Origin: Octopus sinensis
Lineage: Eukaryota
Assembly: GCF_006345805.1 (NCBI RefSeq)
Contig: NC_043007.1
Location: 55,738,001-55,802,000 of the forward strand
Direction of reading: 5' to 3'
Length of the DNA: 64,000 nucleotides
The notes below the pieces were generated by a model that saw only the letters and a program-made list of their open reading frames with translations, was not told the DNA's origin and searched no databases. Positions 58,490 through 64,000 of the stretch are shown here, piece by piece. Made by a program: the position numbers and the translations under genes. The stretch's first letter is position 1. Every line of letters begins with the position of its first letter.

Positions 58490-58634
58490 TGGTACCTATT
58501 GATCATATGCATCAATATTTCATTGATAGTAATCTAGAGTTGCATGAAACGATCATACTGCATTACCTCTGGATATCCTTGTTGCTTATTTTGATTATAT
58601 ATATATACACATATATATATATATGATGATGATG

Positions 58635-58682
<48 letters not shown>

Positions 58683-58815
58683 TATATATATATGCATATA
58701 TACATATATGTACATACATATATATGTACATACTTACATATGTATATATGCATATATGGGTACAGGAGTTGCATGAAACAATCGTACTGCATTACCTCTG
58801 CATATACTTGTTCCT
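58490..58815 (+). repeat. Two about 60-bp direct copies containing the gcatgaaacgatc hammerhead 3' half (family E remnant)
   Basis: gagttgcatgaaacgatcatactgcattacctctg (58537) and gagttgcatgaaacaatcgtactgcattacctctg (58766). Confidence 0.65.
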
Positions 58816-59163
58816 TATTTTAACTTTAATCACCATATTTTGAAATTGTATGGAAAATACCGTACTAAATTCTGGTGCCTCAACTTAAGTACCATATTCA
58901 TCTGAATCTAAATTTTTGCTGAACTCATATATATGTGTGTGTGTGTGTGAGTGTATTTGAAAGGTAAATAGTGCGATAGAAGTTATTATTGAGGGAGCGT
59001 GAACCATTTTTCAATTAATGAGTACCACTTCACTATTTCGGAGGAAATGTAATTGACAAAACCATTATCAATGCATATTCAAGACTTACCAAATATCACT
59101 TGCTTCACAGACAGATGGCTAATTTGCTTTCACATCAACAATATTTTTAGAAATATTTTAACC

Positions 59164-59272
59164 CGTAGGAGTGGCTGTGTGGTAAGTTGCTCGACTAAAA
59201 AAAGAGGCGGTGCTCCAGCATGGCCGCAGTCAAATGACTGAAACGAGTAAAAGAGTAAAAGTGTAAAAGAGT
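59164..59272 (+). mobile_element. Internally deleted mini-SINE (head fused to tail)
   Basis: gtaggagtggctgtgtggtaag-ttgct-cgactaaaaaaagaggcggtgctccagcatggccgcagtcaaatgactgaaacgag(taaaagag)n. Confidence 0.85.
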
Positions 59273-59399
59273 AACCATACCAATCATGTTAGCATTAGTG
59301 AGCTATGTATATATATTAACATAAACAAATACAATTTCAAATATGTATTATAACTGAGGTCTGACAATGACAATTAGCATTGACATTAATATTTATAGT

Positions 59400-59620
59400 A
59401 ATAATAATCCTTTCTACTACAGGCACAATGCATGAAATTTGGTGGGAGAGGGATAGTTGATTATATCGACTCCAGTACTCAACTAGTACTTATTTTATTG
59501 ACGTCAAAAGGATGAGAGACACAGTCAACTTCAGCGGAATTTGAACTCAGAATGTGAAGACTGACAAAATATTGCTAAGCATTTCACCCAGCATGCTAAC
59601 GATTTTGCCAGTTCACTGTC
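59400..59620 (-). mobile_element. Nin-domain-like tRNA SINE with (TTA)n tail
   Basis: Minus strand head ..ctggcaaaatcgttagcatgctggg..ttctgagttcaaattccgctgaagttgac..tcatccttttgacgtcaataaaataagtactag. Confidence 0.75.
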
Positions 59621-59640
59621 TTAGTAATAATAATAATAAT

Positions 59641-60199
59641 CATTTCTTTTATTGGCCATAAGGGCTGAACACAAAATAAATAGGGACAATGCAATACAAG
59701 GGACAAGTGGGGTGTTGAACACTGCCTTGCATACAATAAGTAACAAAAACAATTAACAAAACAATTAAACGATAATAATTCCCTTAAAGGGGGAAGATCC
59801 TCACAGGCACAGCTGAGAAACCCCACACATTCTAGTTATCCTGACCACTAGATGCACATCAGCATGCACCTCTCCTTCTCAATCCCTCCAGATTATAAAC
59901 AAAAGTTCAGAATAGGCCCATTCATACAGGCTATCCTCCCCACATGCACCCACCTTTCAACAAATTTACTGGGATGCAGAATTTCCCTCTCTACCCTCAC
60001 TTTCAATGAAAGTCAATGAGAGCTTAGCCGAAGAGGAAAATACCTGTCTTCAGTCCTTTTAATCTCATCCACCAAACTACCTCCTTTGCCATAGTCTCCA
60101 GATAGAAGAAAACTGCCTTTCTTTCTTGACCAAAGGAAGGTGGCAAGGCAGTCTTCATGATGGACTTGTTTGTTAACCAGATTTGATCATCATGTGACA
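59641..60199 (-). mobile_element. 5'-truncated L1/Tx1-like ORF2 C-terminus + 3' UTR, between (TAA)n arrays
   Basis: Minus strand MAKEVVWWMRLKGLKTG..KVRVEREILHPSKFVERWVHVGR; aataaa just before the 3' junction; clade assignment by resemblance only. Confidence 0.55.
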
Positions 60200-60273
<74 letters not shown>

Positions 60274-60380
60274 CCTTTCTACTAGAGGCTTGTAATTTTA
60301 GGAGATGATGATAGTTGTTAACATTGAGCCCAATGTGCAACTGATACTTTCATTGAACTCAAAAGCATGATAGGCAAGGA

Positions 60381-60772
60381 GGCACAGGAGTGGCTGTGTG
60401 GTAAGAAGCTTGCTTCCCAACCACATGGTTCCAGGTTCAGTCCCACTGAATGGCACCTTGGGCAAGTGTCTTCTACTATAGCCTCAGCCTGACCAAAGCC
60501 TTGTGAGTGGATTTGTGAAATGGAAATTGAAAGAAGCCTGTTGTATATATATATATATATATATATATATTCTTTTTACTCTTTTTACTTGTTTCAGTCA
60601 TTTGACTGCGGCCATACTGGAGCACCGCCTTTAGTCGAGCAAATCGACCCTGGGACTTATTCTTTGTAAGCCCAGTACTTATTCTATCGGTCTCTTTTGC
60701 CGAACCGCTAAGTGATGGGGACGTAAACACACCAGCATCGGTTGTCAAGCAATGCTAGGGGGACAAACACAT

Positions 60773-60805
<33 letters not shown>

Positions 60806-61209
60806 CATATATACGACAGGCTTCTTTCAGTTTCCGTCTACCAAATCCACTCACAAGGCATTGGTCAGCCCGGGGCTATAGCAGAAGACACGTGCCCAAG
60901 ATGCCACGCAGTGGGACTGAACCCGGAACCATGTGGTTGGTTAGCAAGCTACTTACCAAACAGCCACTCCTGCGCCTATATATATATATATTTTGCCCAC
61001 ACCATTGCTTGACAACTGATGTTGGTGTGTTTACATCCCCATAACTTAGGGGTTCGGCAAAAGTACTAGAATAAGTACTAGAATAAGTACTAGAATAAGT
61101 ACTAGCCTTACAAAGAATAAGTCCTGGGGTCGATTTGTTTGATTAAAGGTCATGCTCCAGCATGCACACAGATAAATAACTGAAACAAGTAAAAGAATAA
61201 AAGAATAAA
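60381..61209 (+). mobile_element. tRNA-derived SINE (outer), split at its internal (TA)n
   Basis: Head 60381-60543, 3' half 60991-61209 with a local (aagtactagaat)x3 duplication. Confidence 0.88.
60571..60976 (-). mobile_element. Full-length tRNA-derived SINE (inner), flanked by (TA)n
   Basis: Head ggcgcaggagtggctgtttggtaag..gggttcagtcccactgcg through tail ggcggtgctccagtatggccgcagtcaaatgactgaaacaag. Confidence 0.92.
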
Positions 61210-61330
61210 GATGATTGTGGAATTTAAACTCAGAACATAAAGATGCATGAAATGCTTCTAAGCATTTTATCTAGGGTGCTAACAATTCTGTTACATTGCC
61301 AACTAATAATAATAATAATAATAATAATAA

Positions 61331-61880
61331 TGCCCTGATGCTGTACGAGGCAGTGGCTCTCATGGCTTCTGATCTAAACTGATTGGAAGTGTTATCATGT
61401 ATAAAAGATGGTATAAAAGATGGGCTACAGCAAATATTCTGCTCAGTACCACAGATTTGCTTGTCAGTTGTTTGACCATAACCAGTTGAGCATGTCCCTT
61501 AGTGGCTGACGATATGTGCATCTTTGATCACGAGTAGAAGTAGTAGGGGAAGCATCATAGCCATGTGTTGAGAGGGATTCTTTGGAGTTTGAATAATTCC
61601 CCTCTGGAAACATGGGTGTTTCGTTCAACATCTTTCACCAACCCTTATTCAGGGAGCTTTTGAGCAGGATGGGTTACTCGACCTGAAGAAAATTCTAAGT
61701 GGGCCCCACCTGCAAGGTCGTGTGCTGTTTATCTTCATATGAGATCAGCATGTCGTGCAAATATTGTTGTGATGCATGTGCCTCGTGTACCCTTATCAGA
61801 CTAGTAGTCATGATGGGTATACTGGGCTTTGTATATTTTACCCCAGTGTCACTTTGATGGCATGCACTGTTCTCTCACTC
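61331..61880 (+). mobile_element. Unclassified 550-bp element bounded by (TAA)n on both sides
   Basis: tgccctgatgctgtacgaggcagtggctctc ... ctctcactc between two (AAT)n arrays; no long ORF; orientation assumed. Confidence 0.6.
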
Positions 61881-61898
61881 AATAATAATAATAATAAT

Positions 61899-61952
<54 letters not shown>

Positions 61953-61954
<2 letters not shown>

Positions 61955-63747
61955 CTCAATGATGCGCAGTATGGATATAAAATGTTTGATAAAAATATAA
62001 ATCATCTCATTTACATGGATGATTTAAAGCTCTTTGCAAAAAATTACCTACAGCTCAACAGCTTACTACCGATTGTTAAACAATTCAGTGATGACATCAG
62101 AATGCAATTTGGCCCCAATAAATGTGCAAAAGCTACCTTTATCAAAGGAAAAATGACAGAAACATCTAACGTTAACCTTGACCAGCAGCATGTCATAAAA
62201 CAGTTAGACCCAGCGGAGAGCTACAAGTACCTAGGGGTAATTGAAGGGGATAGAATAAGGCATTCAGTGATGAAGCAAAGGATCAGGAGAGAATGTTATC
62301 GCAGAGTGAGAGCAATACTCAAGACAGAACTGAATGCGAGAAACAGGATCGAAGCGATCAATGCTTTAGCAATACCAGTTGTGACTTACAGTTTCAATAT
62401 CGTTAACTAGTCAATTACTGAAATATGTAATCTTGACAGAAAAATACGAAAACTGTTGACAATGCATAGAATGCACCACCCTAAGGCAGATATAGAACGT
62501 CTTTATCTGCCAAGAAAAGAGGGAGGCCATGAACTTTTACAACTGGCAATAACAATGAAGATTGCTACAATTGGCCTAGACACCTACCTGAAAAACTCTG
62601 AGGACTGGATGTTAAAACTTGTCTCAAAACATGAAAACAAGGAAGCATCATACTTAGTAACAAAACAGGCAAAGGTATATCTAAGTGAATTCCGAATACA
62701 ACAAATTTCAGAATTAGACATACAAGAAACAAGCACAGAAAAAGCTAAGCGCATGAAAACCCGTGCTAAAACTGCTGTCGTAGATATTCTGAATTATAAA
62801 TGGCAAGAAAAATCTCTAAATGGCAAATACCCAATGAGAGCGAATAATGCAGATGTTGACAAAGCCCTGACTCATCAATGGCTAATGGCCTCTGGCTTAA
62901 AATCTGAAACAGAAGGGTTTATCATAGCAGCTCAAGATCAGTGCCTACCTACAAGGAACTACCAGGCCAACATATTAAAGAACGGCAGTAGTCCAGCATG
63001 TCGTGTATGTCAACAACAAAATGAAACCATTGATCATGTTGTCTCCAAGTGCAGTCTTCTAGCACCTACAAAGTATCTCAACAGGCATGATAGAGCCGCA
63101 CAATATATTCACTGGGTAATTTGCTAAAGCCTGGACTTGCCCCATGAAAAAACTGGTGGGAACACAAACCACCTCCAGTGCTTGATGACCACATCTCACT
63201 CCTCTGGAACTTCACCATTCAAACTGACAGAAAGATAGATGCAAATAGGCCAGACATCATATTGAAAGACTTCAGACAAAGAACATGCCTTCTCATTGAT
63301 ATGACTGTCCCAATCGATATAAATGTATCTGTCAAGACCTACCAATAACTGAGCAAATATAAAGATCTTGAAATAGAAATCAGCAAAATGTGGAACCTGA
63401 AGACTAAAGCAATACCTGTTGTCATAGCAAAAGGGAATGATAGCAAAAGGAGCTGATTGTTACCTAGCTCAGATACCAGGAAACCCCAAAATGGCAGAAA
63501 TTCAAAAGATAGTGCTCATGGGAACTGCTCATATCCTATGCAAAATACTTTGTATGTAATCTCAAGTTTTAAAACAAACATAATTTTCGCATGGTTTTTT
63601 AGACATTCACTAGTACAATACTAAGTACAAAACCAAATATATGGCACCCTAGGCATAACACCAACATGAACTTCCAACTTGTTGTCTCTTGAGGTCTCTG
63701 GGTGAGACTTGGAGCCAACTTGTACAAATGTAAAGCAAAAGTCAAAC

Positions 63748-63750
<3 letters not shown>
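61953..63750 (+). mobile_element. 5'-truncated R4/Dong-like retrotransposon inserted in (TAA)n
   Basis: HLIYMDDLKLFAK, YKYLGV, AINALAIPVVTYSF, MHHPKADIERLYLPRKEGG, CCHC CRVCQQQNETIDHVVSKC, RLE ANRPDIILKD..IDMTVP..SKYKDL; (AAT)n at 61881-61952 and 63749-63846. Confidence 0.95.
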
Positions 63751-63810
<60 letters not shown>

Positions 63811-64000
63811 TAATAATAATAACGATAATGATAATGATAATGATAATACACTTAATTCAGAAATAATGCTTAATTCAATAGACTAGTTAATACTGAATAT
63901 CAGGTTATTTGTACATTGGTACATCAATTATAATATTGTTGATAAACAAGAAACTATCATATCTAATTTTGGTGGCTAACATCTTGAGCTTATTGTTTTA

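Larger units (their letters stand above)
60273..61300 (-). mobile_element. Nin-domain-like SINE split by nested SINEs (halves 60273-60380 and 61210-61300)
   Basis: aatcctttctacta..gcatgataggcaag // ..gtggaatttaaactcagaac..taagcatttt..gtgctaacaattctg is colinear with 59400-59620. Confidence 0.7.

Noticed and set aside
60381-60460. tRNA gene
   Set aside because: A/B-box-like head continues into SINE body; no cloverleaf acceptor stem

Overview
Eukaryotic, AT-rich, repeat-dominated non-genic DNA. The repeat repertoire (tRNA-head SINEs with internal microsatellites, Nin-domain-like SINEs, dense (TA)n/(CA)n/(TATC)n/(TAA)n arrays) looks like an octopus/cephalopod genome; this is inferred from pattern recognition, not a database search. 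I find no host protein-coding exon I can support. Most ORF-track entries are microsatellite translations. Supported content: (1) R4/Dong-like RLE retroelements at 100-2235 and 61953-63750, plus decayed relatives; (2) a near-complete but frameshifted CR1-group LINE at 49971-53485 (-) and a decayed copy; (3) Penelope-like (GIY-YIG) elements at 7383-8486 and 43840-45200; (4) a decayed Ty3/Gypsy pol with PPT and 3' LTR; (5) an internally deleted mariner with intact TIRs and TA TSD; (6) RTE and L1/Tx1-like stubs, a Helitron-like remnant and many SINEs. The most interesting signals are at RNA level. There is a set of type I hammerhead-ribozyme motifs of about five sequence families: one with a fully canonical core and all three stems at 55871-55967, and three different families each present as an inverted pair within 7.2-9.75 kb. 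There are also two SINE/LINE shared-3'-end partnerships visible within the window, a (TAA)n array at 59.4-63.85 kb threaded with five different elements including a three-level nested SINE, and a 106-bp inverted templated insertion inside the first Dong copy. All structures were assigned by eye and need computational or experimental confirmation.
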